NCBI GenBank assembly: GCA_964035545.1
Contig: OZ037771.1
Location: 9,986,480 to 10,050,479, forward strand
DNA from: Bugula neritina
Lineage: Eukaryota; Animalia; Bryozoa
Length of the DNA stretch: 64,000 nucleotides
Direction: 5' to 3'
In this document: positions 15,401 to 30,200 of the stretch, one piece after another
Position numbering within the stretch: the stretch's first letter is position 1
How the letters are laid out: every line of letters begins with the position of its first letter
The notes under the pieces: model-generated
What the model was told of the DNA's origin: nothing
Seen by the model: only the letters and a program-made list of their open reading frames with translations
The model's database searches: none
Program-made: the position numbers and the translations under genes

Positions 15401-16374
15401 GCAATATACTGAAAGATGCCTCAACATACTCAAATACACTGCAAGAAACTGCAACATACGTAAATACACTGTAACATACTGAAATACACTGAAACATACT
15501 GCAACATACTGAAGTACACTGTAAAATATTCAAATACACTGCAACACATTGAAATACACTGCAACACACTGAAATATACTGCAACATACTGAAATTCACT
15601 GTAACACATTGAAAAATACTGCAACATACTGAAAGACACTTCAACTCACTGAAGTATAGTGTAATATACGGAAATGTACTGTAACATACTGATAATTACT
15701 GCAACACACTGAAATATACTGCAACATACTGAAATGTACTTCAACATAATGAAAAACACTGCAACATATCAAAGTATATCGTAATACACAGACATGTACT
15801 GTAACATACTGAAACATACTGAAACATACTGAAACATACTGAAACATACTGAAATACACTGTAACAAACTGAAATACACTGCAACAAGTTGGAATATACT
15901 GCAACATACCCAAGTATATGGTAATATAATGAAATATACTGCAACATACCGCAACATACTGAAAAACACTGTAACAAACTTAAATACGCTGCACCACATT
16001 GGAATATACTGCAACATACCCAAATAAATGGTAACATACTGAAATATACTGAAATACAATGTAACACATTGAAAAATACTGCAACACACTGAAAGACACT
16101 ACAACTCACTGAAGTATAGTGTAATATACGAAAATGTACTGTAACATACTGATATTTACTGCAACACACTGAAATATACTGCAACATACTGAAATACACT
16201 GTCACATGCCAAAATAAACTGCAACATACTGCAACATACTGAAATACACTGTAACATAATGAAATACACTGCAACATACTGCAACATACTGAAGTACACT
16301 GTAAAATATTAAAATACACTGCAACACATTGGAATATACTGCAATACACTGAAATGTACTGTAACATACTGAAA
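9450..16374 (+). repeat. higher-order repeat, 3456/3457-bp period, about 2 copies
   Basis: ORF-track pairs 9717/13174 (3457), and 10822/14278, 11667/15123, 12313/15769 (3456). A 1-bp deletion near 14075 (ccgtacag) explains the shift. Confidence 0.9.
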
Positions 16375-16664
16375 CATGAGCAATATACTGAAAGATGCCT
16401 CAACATACTCAAATACACTGCAAGAAACTGCAACATACGTAAATACACTGTAACATACTGAAATACACTGAAACATACTGCAACATACTGAAGTACACTG
16501 TAAAATATTCAAATACACTGCAACACATTGAAATACACTGCAACACACTGAAACATACTGCAACATACTGAAATGTACTTCAACATAATGAAAAACACTG
16601 CAACATATCAAAGTATATCGTAATAAACAGACATGTACTGTAACATACCGAAACATACTGAAAC

Positions 16665-19600
16665 ATACTGAAATATACTGCAACACATCCAAGTAGACTG
16701 TAATATACGGACATGTACTGTAACATACTGAAACATACTGAAACATACTGAAACAAAATGAAATATACTGTAACACTCTGAGTAATCCTGCAAAATGCTG
16801 AAATATACTGTAACACAGTGAAGTATACTGCAAAATTCTGAAACATACTGCAACATACTAAAACATGAGCAATATACAGAAAAATGCCTCAGCATACTCA
16901 AATATACTGCAAGTCGCTGCAACATACATAAATACACTGTAACATACTGAAATACACTGCAACATACTGCAGCATACTGAAGTACACTGTAAAATGTTGA
17001 AATACACTGCAGCACTTTGGAATATACTGCAACACACTGAAATATACTGCAACATACTGAAATATACTGCAACATACTGCAACATACTGAAGTGCACTGT
17101 AACATACTGTAACTTACTGAAATACACTGCAACAAACTGTAACATACTGAAACACACTGAAACATACTGAAACATACTGAAACATACTGTAACATACTGA
17201 AACACACTGAAACATACTGAAACATACTGAGACATACTGAAATACACTGCAACATACTGAAACATACTGAAATATACTGAAATATACTGAAATACACTGT
17301 AACACATTGAAAAATACTGCAACATACTGAAAGACACTTCAACTCACTGAAGTATAGTGTAATATACGGAAATGTACTGTAACATACTGATATTTACTGT
17401 AACACACTGAAATATACTGCAACATACTGAAATACACTGTAACATACCGAAATAAACTGCAACATAATGCAACATACTGAATAACACTGTAACATACTAA
17501 AATACACTGCACTATTCTGCAACATACTTCAACGTACTGAAAGACACTGTAGCATAATGAAATACACTGCAACACATTGAAGTATACCGCAACAGACTGG
17601 AATATACTGCAACACATCCAAGTACATCGTAATATACGGACATGTACTGTAACATACTGGAACATACTGAAACATACTGCAACATTCTGAAGTACACTGT
17701 AAAATATTGAAATACACTGCAACATACTGCAACATACTGAAATACACTGTAACATGATGTAGTACACTGCAACACATTGAAATATACTGCAGCAAACAGA
17801 AATATACTGCAACATACTGAAATGTACTGCAACATACTAAAATACATTGCAACATATCGAAGTATATCGTAATAAACGGACATGTACTGTAACATACTGA
17901 AACACACTGAAACATACTGAAACATACTGAAACATACTGTAACATCGTGAAATACACTGCAACACATTGAAATATACTGCAACAAACTGAAATATACTGC
18001 AACATACTAAAACGTACTGCAACATACTGAAATACATTGCAACATATCGAAGTATATCGTAATATACGGACATGTACTGAAACATACTGAAACATACTGA
18101 AACATACTGAGATACACTGCAACATACTGCAACATACTGAAATACACTGTAACATGATGAAATACACTGCAACACATTGAAATATACTGCAACAAACTGA
18201 AATATACTGCAACATACTGAAACGTACTGCAACATACTGAAATACATTGCAACATATCGAAGTATGTCGTAATATACGGACATGTACTGTAACATACTGA
18301 AACACACTGAAACATACTGAAACATACTGAAATATACTGAAATATACTGAAATACACTGTAACACATTGAAAAATACTGCAACATACTGAAACACACTTC
18401 AACTCACTGAAGTATAGTGTAATATACGGAAATGTACTGTAACATACTGATAATTACTGCAACACACTGAAATATACTGCAACATACTGAAATACACTAT
18501 AACATACCGAAATAAACTGCTACATAATGCAACATACTGAATTACACTGTAACATACTAAATTACACTGCAACATTCTGCAACATAGTTCAACGTACTGA
18601 ATACACTGTAACATAATGAAATACACTGCAACATACTGAAGTACACTGTAAAATATTAAAATACACTGCAACACATTGGAATATACTGCAACACACTGAA
18701 ATATACTGTAACATACTGAAACATGAGCAATATACTGAAAGATGCCTCAACATACTCAAATACACTGCAAGAAACTGCAACATACGTAAATACACTGTAA
18801 CATACTGAAATACACTGAAACATACTGCAACATACTGAAGTACACTGTGAAATATTCAAATACACTCCAACCCATTGAAATACACTGCAACACACTGAAA
18901 TATACTGCAACATACTGAAATGTACTTCAACATAATGAAAAACACTGCAACATATCAAAGTATATCGTAATATACAGACATGCACTGTAACATACTGAAA
19001 CATACTGAAACATACTGCAACATACCGCAACATGCTGAAAAACACCGTAACAAACTGAAATACGCTGCAACACATTGGAATATACTGCAACATATCCAAA
19101 TAAATGGTAATATACTGAAATATACTGAAATACACTGTAACACATTGAAAAATACTGCAACATACTGAAACACACTACAACTCACTGAAGTATAGTGTAA
19201 CTTACTGAAATGTACTGTAACATACTGATATTTACTGCAACACACTGAAACATACTGCAACATACTGAAATACACTGTTACATACTAAAATACACTGCAA
19301 CATACTGAAATACACTGCAACAATCTGCAACATTCTGCAACATACTTCAACATACTGAAATACACTGTAACAAACTGAAATACGCTGCAACACATTGGAA
19401 TATACTGCAACATACCCAAATAAATGGTAACATACTGAAATATACTGAAATACAATGTAACACATTGAAAAATACTGCAACACAGTGAAAGACACTACAA
19501 CTCACTGAAGTATAGTGTAATATACAAAAATGTACTGTAACATACTGATATTTACTGCAACACACTGAAATATACTGCAACATACTGAAATACACTGTTA

Positions 19601-22600
19601 CATGCCAAAATAAACTGCAACATACTGCAACATACTGAAATACACTGTAACATACTCAAATACACTGCAACATTCTGCAACATATTGAAATATACTGCAA
19701 CACACTGAAATATACTGCAACACATCCAAGTAGACTGTAATATACGGACATGTACTGTAACATACTGAAACATACTGAAACATACTGAAACAAAATGAAA
19801 TATACTGTAACACTCTGAGTAATCCTGCAAAATGCTGAAATATACTGTAACACAGTGAAGTATACTGCAAAATTCTGAAACATACTGCAACATACTAAAA
19901 CATGAGCAATATACAGAAAAATGCCTCAGCATACTCAAATATACTGCAAGTCGCTGCAACATACATAAATACACTGTAACATACTGAAATACACTGCAAC
20001 ATACTGCAGCATACTGAAGTACACTGTAAAATGTTGAAATACACTGCAGCACTTTGGAATATACTGCAACACACTGAAATATACTGCAACATACTGAAAT
20101 ATACTGCAACATACTGCAACATACTGAAGTGCACTGTAACATACTGTAACTTACTGAAATACACTGCAACAAACTGTAACATACTGAAACACACTGAAAC
20201 ATACTGAAACATACTGAAACATACTGTAACATACTGAAACACACTGAAACATACTGAAACATACTGAGACATACTGAAATACACTGCAACATACTGAAAC
20301 ATACTGAAATATACTGAAATATACTGAAATACACTGTAACACATTGAAAAATACTGCAACATACTGAAAGACACTTCAACTCACTGAAGTATAGTGTAAT
20401 ATACGGAAATGTACTGTAACATACTGATATTTACTGTAACACACTGAAATATACTGCAACATACTGAAATACACTGTAACATACCGAAATAAACTGCAAC
20501 ATAATGCAACATACTGAATAACACTGTAACATACTAAAATACACTGCACTATTCTGCAACATACTTCAACGTACTGAAAGACACTGTAACATAATGAAAT
20601 ACACTGCAACACATTGAAGTATACCGCAACAGACTGGAATATACTGCAACACATCCAAGTACATCGTAATATACGGACATGTACTGTAACATACTGGAAC
20701 ATACTGAAACATACTGCAACATTCTGAAGTACACTGTAAAATATTGAAATACACTGCAACATACTGCAACATACTGAAATACACTGTAACATGATGTAGT
20801 ACACTGCAACACATTGAAATATACTGCAGCAAACAGAAATATACTGCAACATACTGAAATGTACTGCAACATACTAAAATACATTGCAACATATCGAAGT
20901 ATATCGTAATAAACGGACATGTACTGTAACATACTGAAACACACTGAAACATACTGAAACATACTGAAACATACTGTAACATCGTGAAATACACTGCAAC
21001 ACATTGAAATATACTGCAACAAACTGAAATATACTGCAACATACTAAAACGTACTGCAACATACTGAAATACATTGCAACATATCGAAGTATATCGTAAT
21101 ATACGGACATGTACTGAAACATACTGAAACATACTGAAACATACTGAGATACACTGCAACATACTGCAACATACTGAAATACACTGTAACATGATGAAAT
21201 ACACTGCAACACATTGAAATATACTGCAACAAACTGAAATATACTGCAACATACTGAAACGTACTGCAACATACTGAAATACATTGCAACATATCGAAGT
21301 ATGTCGTAATATACGGACATGTACTGTAACATACTGAAACACACTGAAACATACTGAAACATACTGAAATATACTGAAATATACTGAAATACACTGTAAC
21401 ACATTGAAAAATACTGCAACATACTGAAACACACTTCAACTCACTGAAGTATAGTGTAATATACGGAAATGTACTGTAACATACTGATAATTACTGCAAC
21501 ACACTGAAATATACTGCAACATACTGAAATACACTGTAACATACCGAAATAAACTGCAACATAATGCAACATACTGAATTACACTGTAACATACTAAATT
21601 ACACTGCAACATTCTGCAACATAGTTCAACGTACTGAATACACTGTAACATAATGAAATACACTGCAACATACTGAAGTACACTGTAAAATATTAAAATA
21701 CACTGCAACACATTGGAATATACTGCAACACACTGAAATATACTGTAACATACTGAAACATGAGCAATATACTGAAAGATGCCTCAACATACTCAAATAC
21801 ACTGCAAGAAACTGCAACATACGTAAATACACTGTAACATACTGAAATACACTGAAACATACTGCAACATACTGAAGTACACTGTGAAATATTCAAATAC
21901 ACTCCAACCCATTGAAATACACTGCAACACACTGAAATATACTGCAACATACTGAAATGTACTTCAACATAATGAAAAACACTGCAACATATCAAAGTAT
22001 ATCGTAATATACAGACATGCACTGTAACATACTGAAACATACTGAAACATACTGCAACATACCGCAACATGCTGAAAAACACCGTAACAAACTGAAATAC
22101 GCTGCAACACATTGGAATATACTGCAACATATCCAAATAAATGGTAATATACTGAAATATACTGAAATACACTGTAACACATTGAAAAATACTGCAACAT
22201 ACTGAAACACACTACAACTCACTGAAGTATAGTGTAACTTACTGAAATGTACTGTAACATACTGATATTTACTGCAACACACTGAAACATACTGCAACAT
22301 ACTGAAATACACTGTTACATACTAAAATACACTGCAACATACTGAAATACACTGCAACAATCTGCAACATTCTGCAACATACTTCAACATACTGAAATAC
22401 ACTGTAACAAACTGAAATACGCTGCAACACATTGGAATATACTGCAACATACCCAAATAAATGGTAACATACTGAAATATACTGAAATACAATGTAACAC
22501 ATTGAAAAATACTGCAACACAGTGAAAGACACTACAACTCACTGAAGTATAGTGTAATATACAAAAATGTACTGTAACATACTGATATTTACTGCAACAC

Positions 22601-23790
22601 ACTGAAATATACTGCAACATACTGAAATACACTGTTACATGCCAAAATAAACTGCAACATACTGCAACATACTGAAATACACTGTAACATACTCAAATAC
22701 ACTGCAACATTCTGCAACATATTGAAATATACTGCAACACACTGAAATATACTGCAACACATCCAAGTAGACTGTAATATACGGACATGTACTGTAACAT
22801 ACTGAAACATACTGAAACATACTGAAACAAAATGAAATATACTGTAACACTCTGAGTAATCCTGCAAAATGCTGAAATATACTGTAACACAGTGAAGTAT
22901 ACTGCAAAATTCTGAAACATACTGCAACATACTAAAACATGAGCAATATACAGAAAAATGCCTCAGCATACTCAAATATACTGCAAGTCGCTGCAACATA
23001 CATAAATACACTGTAACATACTGAAATACACTGCAACATACTGCAGCATACTGAAGTACACTGTAAAATGTTGAAATACACTGCAACACTTTGGAATATA
23101 CTGCAACACACTGAAATATACTGCAACATACTGAAATATACTGCAACATACTGCAACATACTGAAGTGCACTGTAACATACTGTAACTTACTGAAATACA
23201 CTGCAACAAACTGTAACATACTGAAACACACTGAAACATACTGAAACATACTGAAACATACTGTAACATACTGAAACACACTGAAACATACTGAAACATA
23301 CTGAGACATACTGAAATACACTGCAACATACTGAAACATACTGAAATATACTGAGGTATACTGAAATACACTGTAACACATTGAAAAATACTGCAACATA
23401 CTGAAAGACACTTCAACTCACTGAAGTATAGTGTAATATACGGAAATGTACTGTAACATACTGATATTTACTGTAACACACTGAAATATACTGCAACATA
23501 CTGAAATACACTGTAACATACCGAAATAAACTGCAACATAATGCAACATACTGAATTACACTGTAACATGCTAAAATACACTGCAACATTCTGCAACATA
23601 CTTCAACGTACTGAAAGACACAGTAACATAATGAAATACACTGCAACACATTGAAATATACCGCAACAAACTGGAATATACTGCAACACATCCAAGTACA
23701 TCGTAATATACGGACATGTACTGTAACATACTGGAACATACTGAAACATACTGCAACATTCTGAAGTACACTGTAAAATATTGAAATACA
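16665..23790 (+). repeat. higher-order repeat, 3037-bp period, about 2.3 copies
   Basis: ORF-track pairs 16858/19895/22932, 17339/20376, 18980/22017 and 19552/22589 all have offset 3037. Boundaries are approximate. Confidence 0.9.
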
Positions 23791-25687
23791 CTGCAACAAA
23801 CTGCAACATACTGAGGTACACTGTACATATTGAAAAACACTGCAACACACTGAAATATACTGCAACACACTGAAATATACTGCAAAATACTGAATTATAC
23901 TTCAACATACTGCAACATACTGAAAGACACTACAACTCACTGAAGTATAGTGCAATATACAGAAATGTACTCTAACATACTGATATTTATTGTTACACAC
24001 TGAAATATACTACAACATACTGAAATACACTGCAACATACCGAAATAAGCTGCAACATACTGCAACATACTGAAATACACTGTAACATGATGTAGTACAC
24101 TGCAACACATTGAAATATACTGCAACAAACTGAAATATACTGCAACATACTGAAATGTACTGCAACATACTGAAATACATTGCAACATATGGAAGTATAT
24201 CGTAATAAACGGACACGTACTGTAACATACTGAAACACACTGAAACATACTGAAACATACTGGAACATACTGAAACATACTGAAATACACTGCAACATAC
24301 TGCAACATACTGAAACATACTGTAACATTATGAAACACACTGCAACACATTGAAATATACTGCAACAAACTGAAATATACTGCAACATACTAAAACGTAC
24401 TGCAACGTACTGAAATACATTGCAACATATCGAAGTATACCGTAATATACGGACATGTACTGAAACATACCGAAACACACTGAAACATACTGAGATACAC
24501 TGCAACATACTGCAACATACTGAAATACACTGTAACACGATGAAATACACTGCAACACACTGAAATATACTGCAACACACTGAAATATACTGCAAAATAC
24601 TGAAATATACTTCAACATACTGCAACATACTGAAAGACACTACAACTCACTGAAGTATAGTGCATCATACAGAAATGTACTCTAACATACTGATATTTAA
24701 TGTTACACACTGAAATATACTACAACATACTGAAAAACACTGTAACACATTGAAATACACTGCAAAACATTGAAATATACTGCAACAAACTGAAATATAC
24801 TGCAACATACTGAAACGTACTGCAACATACTGTAATACATTGCAACATATCGAAGTATGTCGTAATATACGGACATGTACTGTAACATACTGAAACACAC
24901 TGAAACATACTGAAACATACTGAAATATACTGAAATATACTGAAATACACTGTAACACATTGAAAAATATTGCAACATACTGAAAGACACTTCAACTCAC
25001 TGAAGTATAGTGTAATATACGGAAATGTACTGTAACATACTGATAATTACTGCAACACACTGAAATATACTGCAACATACTGAAATACACTGTAACATAC
25101 CGAAATAAACTGCAACATAATGCAACATACTGAATTACACTGTAACATACTAAATTACACTGCAACATTCTGCAACATAGTTCAACGTACTGAATACACT
25201 GTAACATAATGAAATACACTGCAACATACTGCAACATACTGAAGTACACTGTAAAATATTAAAATACACTGCAACACATTGGAATATACTGCAACACACT
25301 GAAATATACTGTAACATACTGAAACATGAGCAATATACTGAAAGATGCCTCAACATACTCAAATACACTGCAAGAAACTGCAACATACGTAAATACACTG
25401 TAACATACTGAAATACACTGAAACATACTGCAACATACTGAAGTACACTGTAAAATATTCAAATACACTGCAACACATTGAAATACACTGCAACACACTG
25501 AAATATACTGCAACATACTGAAATGTACTTCAACATAATGAAAAACACTGCAACATATCAAAGTATATCGTAATATACAGACATGTACTGTAACATACTG
25601 AAACATACTGAAACATACTGAAACATACTGAAACATACTGAAACATACTGAAATACACTGTAACAAACTGAAATACACTGCAACAAG

Positions 25688-25689
25688 TT
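25688..25689. other. target-site duplication TT (second copy at 26446-26447)
   Basis: Empty site caacaag-TT-ggaat versus filled site caacaag-TT-[element]-TT-ggaat. A 3-bp GTT reading is formally possible but would leave the right TIR one base short. Confidence 0.8.
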
Positions 25690-25708
25690 CACAGGATAGT
25701 TAAGGGCA
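25690..25708 (+). repeat. left terminal inverted repeat (19 bp perfect; 22/23 if extended to 25712)
   Basis: CACAGGATAGTTAAGGGCA is the exact reverse complement of 26427-26445. Confidence 0.97.
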
Positions 25709-26098
25709 TCCTCACTAAGAATATCATAAATTTCTCCCAAAATGTAGTTTAGGTTCTTGAATAATACTACTCTGCGGGTGGCATGCGTGTTGCCTACTTG
25801 CAATTGTTTAGCCTAAGATCAAACTACAACCAATAAGCAGCAACCTTCATTAGGGCTGCGTTATCTATCAACATTCCATTATAGGCGCTACATACACAAA
25901 GTACCAAGCAAGCTATTCATTATAGCCTGCCAGCTAGCAAGCCTATAATAAGCATGTACGCGCCAATATCTTCTCATCCCTACGTGCTCATTGAAGCGTG
26001 AAGCACTGCGCGCTGCTAATTTACTATGAAAAAATATGGCATTTTCAGTGTATAAATCACCAATTTGTGGGCAATCTAGAAGAGTTATTGGAAAAAGA

Positions 26099-26374
26099 AA
26101 AAAAGTTACCCTGGAGAAATATCTCAGGATTCCAGCAGTGCAATTTTTATTCAGATATCATGCTTTGCTGCTGAGATATTTTACTGGTACTGAAAAGTCA
26201 GCTTTTCAGGCAAAATTGGCCAAAATTGGGCAGTTTTTTGTCTATAACTTTGCAAAAAAAATTAAAATTGAAATTTCCAAAAAAGTTACCCTGGAGAAAA
26301 AGAAGATCTACAGCATAGTTTTTAAATTTTGACTCTAGCACAATTAGGTGAGATTTTATTTTACTGGTACTGAA
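26099..26374 (+). repeat. degenerate 180-bp internal direct repeat in the transposon, with two perfectly conserved boxes
   Basis: AAAAAAGTTACCCTGGAGAAA at 26099-26119 and 26279-26299; TATTTTACTGGTACTGAA at 26177-26194 and 26357-26374. Both offsets are exactly 180 bp. Confidence 0.9.
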
Positions 26375-26426
26375 TTCTTATATGATTACAATGCAAACCT
26401 CAGCAAGGCAGTTGCAGCTAAAAGGT

Positions 26427-26445
26427 TGCCCTTAACTATCCTGTG
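26427..26445 (-). repeat. right terminal inverted repeat
   Basis: TGCCCTTAACTATCCTGTG is the reverse complement of 25690-25708. Confidence 0.97.
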
Positions 26446-27219
26446 TTGGAATATACTGCAACATACCCAAGTATATGGTAATATAATGAAATATACTGCA
26501 ACATACCGCAACATACTCAAAAACACTGTAACAAACTGAAATACGCTGCAACACATTGGAATAAACTGCGACATATCCAAATAAATGGTAATATTCTGAA
26601 ATATATTGAAATACACTGTAACACATTGAAAAATACTGCAACATACTGAAACACACTACAACTCGCTGAAGTATAGTGTAACTTACTGAAATGTACTGTA
26701 ACATAATGATATTTACTGCAACACACTGAAACATACTGCAACATACTGAAACACACTGTTACATACTAAAATACACTGCAACATACTAAAATACACTGCA
26801 ACAATCTGCAACATTCTGCAACATACTTCAACATACTGAAAAACACTGTAACAAACTGAAATACGCTGCAACACATTGGAATATACTGCAACATACCCAA
26901 ATAAATGGTAACATACTGAAATATACTGAAATACAATGTAACACATTGAAAAATACTGCAACACACCGAAAGACACTACAACTCACTGAAGTATAGTGTA
27001 ATATACGAAAACGTACTGTAACATACTGATATTTACTGCAACACACTGAAATATACTGCAACATACTGAAATACACTGTTACATGCCAAAATAAACTGCA
27101 ACATACTGCAACATACTGAAATACACTGTAACATACTCAAATACACGGCAACATTCTGCAACATATTGAAATATACTGCAACACACTGAAATATACTGCA
27201 ACGCACTGAAATATACTGC

Positions 27220-30200
27220 AAAATACTGAAATATACTTCAACATACTGCAACATACTGAAAGACACTACAACTCACTGAAGTATAGTGCAATCTACAGAA
27301 ATGTACTCTAACATACTGATATTTAATGTTACACACTGAAATATACTACAACATACTGAAATACACTGTAACATACCGAAATAAGCTGCAACATACTGCA
27401 ACATACATAAATACACTGTAACATACTGAAATACACTGCAACATACTGCAGCATACTGAAGTACACTGTAAAATGTTGAAATACACTGCAGCACTTTGGA
27501 ATATACTGCAACACACTGAAATATACTGCAACATACTGAAATATACTGCAACATACTGCAACATACTGAAGTGCACTGTAACATACTGTAACTTACTGAA
27601 ATTTACTGCAACAAACTGTAACATACTGAAACACACTGAAACATACTGAAACATACTGAAACATACTGTAACATACTGAAACACACTGAAACATACTGAA
27701 ACATACTGAGACATACTGAAATAAACTGCAACATACTGAAACATACTGAAATATACTGAAATATACTGAAATACACTGTAACACATTGAAAAATACTGCA
27801 ACATACTGAAAGACACTTCAACTCACTGAAGTATAGTGTAATATACGGAAATGTACTGTAACATACTGATATTTACTGTAACACACTGAAATATACTGCA
27901 ACATACTGAAATACACTGTAACATACCGAAATAAACTGCAACATAATGCAACATACTGAATAACACTGTAACATACTAAAATACACTGCACTATTCTGCA
28001 ACATACTTCAACGTACTGAAAGACACTGTAACATAATGAAATACACTGCAACACATTGAAGTATACTGCAACAGACTGGAATATACTGCAACACATCCAA
28101 GGACATCGTAATATACGGACATGTACTGTAACATACTGGAACATACTGAAACATACTGCAACATTCTGAAGTACACTGTAAAATATTGAAATACACTGCA
28201 ACATACTGCAACATACTGAAATACACTGTAACATGATGTAGTACACTGCAACACATTGAAATATACTGCAGCAAACAGAAATATACTGCAACATACTGAA
28301 ATGTACTGCAACATACTAAAATACATTGCAACATATCGAAGTATATCGTAATAAACGGACATGTACTGTAACATACTGAAACACACTGAAACATACTGAA
28401 ACATACTGAAACATACTGTATCATCATGAAATACACTGCAACACATTGAAATATACTGCAACAAACTGAAATATACTGCAACATACTAAAACGTACTGCA
28501 ACATACTGAAATACATTGCAACATATCGAAGTATATCGTAATATACGGACATGTACTGAAACATACTGAAACATACTGAAACATACTGAGATACACTGCA
28601 ACATACTGCAACATACTGAAATACACTGTAACATGATGAAATACACTGCAACACATTGAAATATACTGCAACAAACTGAAATATACTGCAACATACTGAA
28701 ACGTACTGCAACATACTGAAATACATTGCAACATATCGAAGTATGTCGTAATATACGGACATGTACTGTAACATACTGAAACACACTGAAACATACTGAA
28801 ACATACTGAAATATACTGAAATATACTGAAATACACTGTAACACATTGAAAAATACTGCAACATACTGAAAGACACTTCAACTCACTGAAGTATAGTGTA
28901 ATATACGGAAATGTACTGTAACATACTGATAATTACTGCAACACACTGAAATATACTGCAACATACTGAAATACACTGTAACATACCGAAATAAACTGCA
29001 ACATAATGCAACATACTGAATTACACTGTAACATACTAAATTACACTGCAACATTCTGCAACATAGTTCAACGTACTGAATACACTGTAACATAATGAAA
29101 TACACTGCAACATACTGCAACATACTGAAGTACACTGTAAAATATTAAAATACACTGCAACACATTGGAATATACTGCAACACACTGAAATATACTGTAA
29201 CATACTGAAACATGAGCAATATACTGAAAGATGCCTCAACATACTCAAATACACTGCAAGAAACTGCAACATACGTAAATACACTGTAACATACTGAAAT
29301 ACACTGAAACATACTGCAACATACTGAAGTACACTGTGAAATATTCAAATACACTCCAACACTTTGAAATACACTGCAACACACTGAAATATACTGCAAC
29401 ATACTGAAATGTACTTCAACGTAATGAAAAACACTGCAACATATCAAAGTATATCGTAATATACAGCCATGCACTGTAACATACTGAAACATACTGAATC
29501 ATACTGCAACATACCGCAACATACTGAAAAACACCGTAACAAACTGAAATACGCTGCAACACATTGGAATATACTGCAATATATCCAAATAAATGGTAAT
29601 ATACTGAAATATACTGAAATACACTGTAACACATTGAAAAATACTGCAACATACTGAAACACACTACAACTCACTGAAGTATAGTGTAACTTACTGAAAC
29701 GTACTGTAACATACTGATATTTACTGCAACACACTGAAACATACTGCAACATACTGAAATACACTGTTACATACTAAAATACACTGCAACATACTAAAAT
29801 ACACTGCAACAATCTGCAACATTCTGCAACATACTTCAACATACTGAAATACACTGTAACCAACTGAAATACGCTGCAACACATTGGAATATACTGCAAC
29901 ATACCCAAATAAATGGTAACATACTGAAATATACTGAAATACAATGTAACACATTGAAAAATACTGCAACACAGTGAAAGACACTACAACTCACTGAAGT
30001 ATAGTGTAATATACAAAAATGTACTGTAACATACTGATATTTACTGCAACACACTGAAATATACTGCAACATACTGCAACATACTGAAATACACTGTAAC
30101 ATACTCAAATACACTGCAACATTCTGCAACATATTGAAATATACTGCAACACACTGAAATATACTGCAACACATCCAAGTAGACTGTAATATACGGACAT

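Larger units (their letters stand above)
1..25689 (+). repeat. 10-bp satellite array, left arm (consensus CATACTG[A/C/T]AA; continues beyond window start)
   Basis: Continuous 10-bp periodicity, e.g. catactgaaa/catactgcaa/tacactgtaa. The + strand is A/C-rich and G-poor, and no unique sequence appears until 25690. Confidence 0.99.
25690..26445. mobile_element. 756-bp non-autonomous TIR DNA transposon (MITE-like), probably CMC/EnSpm(CACTA)-type
   Basis: Perfect 19-bp TIRs CACAGGATAGTTAAGGGCA ... TGCCCTTAACTATCCTGTG, flanked by TT on both sides. The uninterrupted site caacaagttggaa occurs at 7321, 12426, 15882, 50049, 60002 and 63081. The offset to the paralog near 50.05 kb changes from 24368 to 23610 across the insert (758 = 756 + 2). 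No transposase ORF. The superfamily call is inference from the CAC..GTG termini and the 2-bp TSD. Confidence 0.93.

Noticed and set aside
18980-19168. Recurrent plus-strand 62-aa ORF (MHCNILKHTE...; also at 22017, 29469, 33785, 41489, 45595)
   Set aside because: It is a chance stop-free stretch of satellite that recurs only because the HOR module is duplicated.
25690-25730. RAG recombination signal / Transib / ProtoRAG-like end (CACAG start)
   Set aside because: The heptamer is CACAGGA rather than CACAGTG. There is no ACAAAAACC-like nonamer at a 12 or 23 bp spacer, and the TSD is 2 bp rather than 5 bp.
26036-26332. 98-aa plus-strand ORF inside the insertion (MAFSVYK...), possible transposase fragment
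   Set aside because: It is short and K/F-rich because of A/T tracts. The repeated KKVTLEK merely reflects the 180-bp DNA repeat, and I recognise no DDE or zinc-finger motif.
25700-26435. Alternative reading as a TTAA-flanked Kolobok- or piggyBac-type element (TTAA-GGGCA...TGCCC-TTAA)
   Set aside because: It would require a pre-existing 24-bp perfect palindrome CACAGGATAGTTAACTATCCTGTG plus a TT duplication, and none of the six empty sites has this. One element with 19-bp TIRs is more parsimonious, and piggyBac ends would be CCC...GGG. Other genomic copies would settle it.
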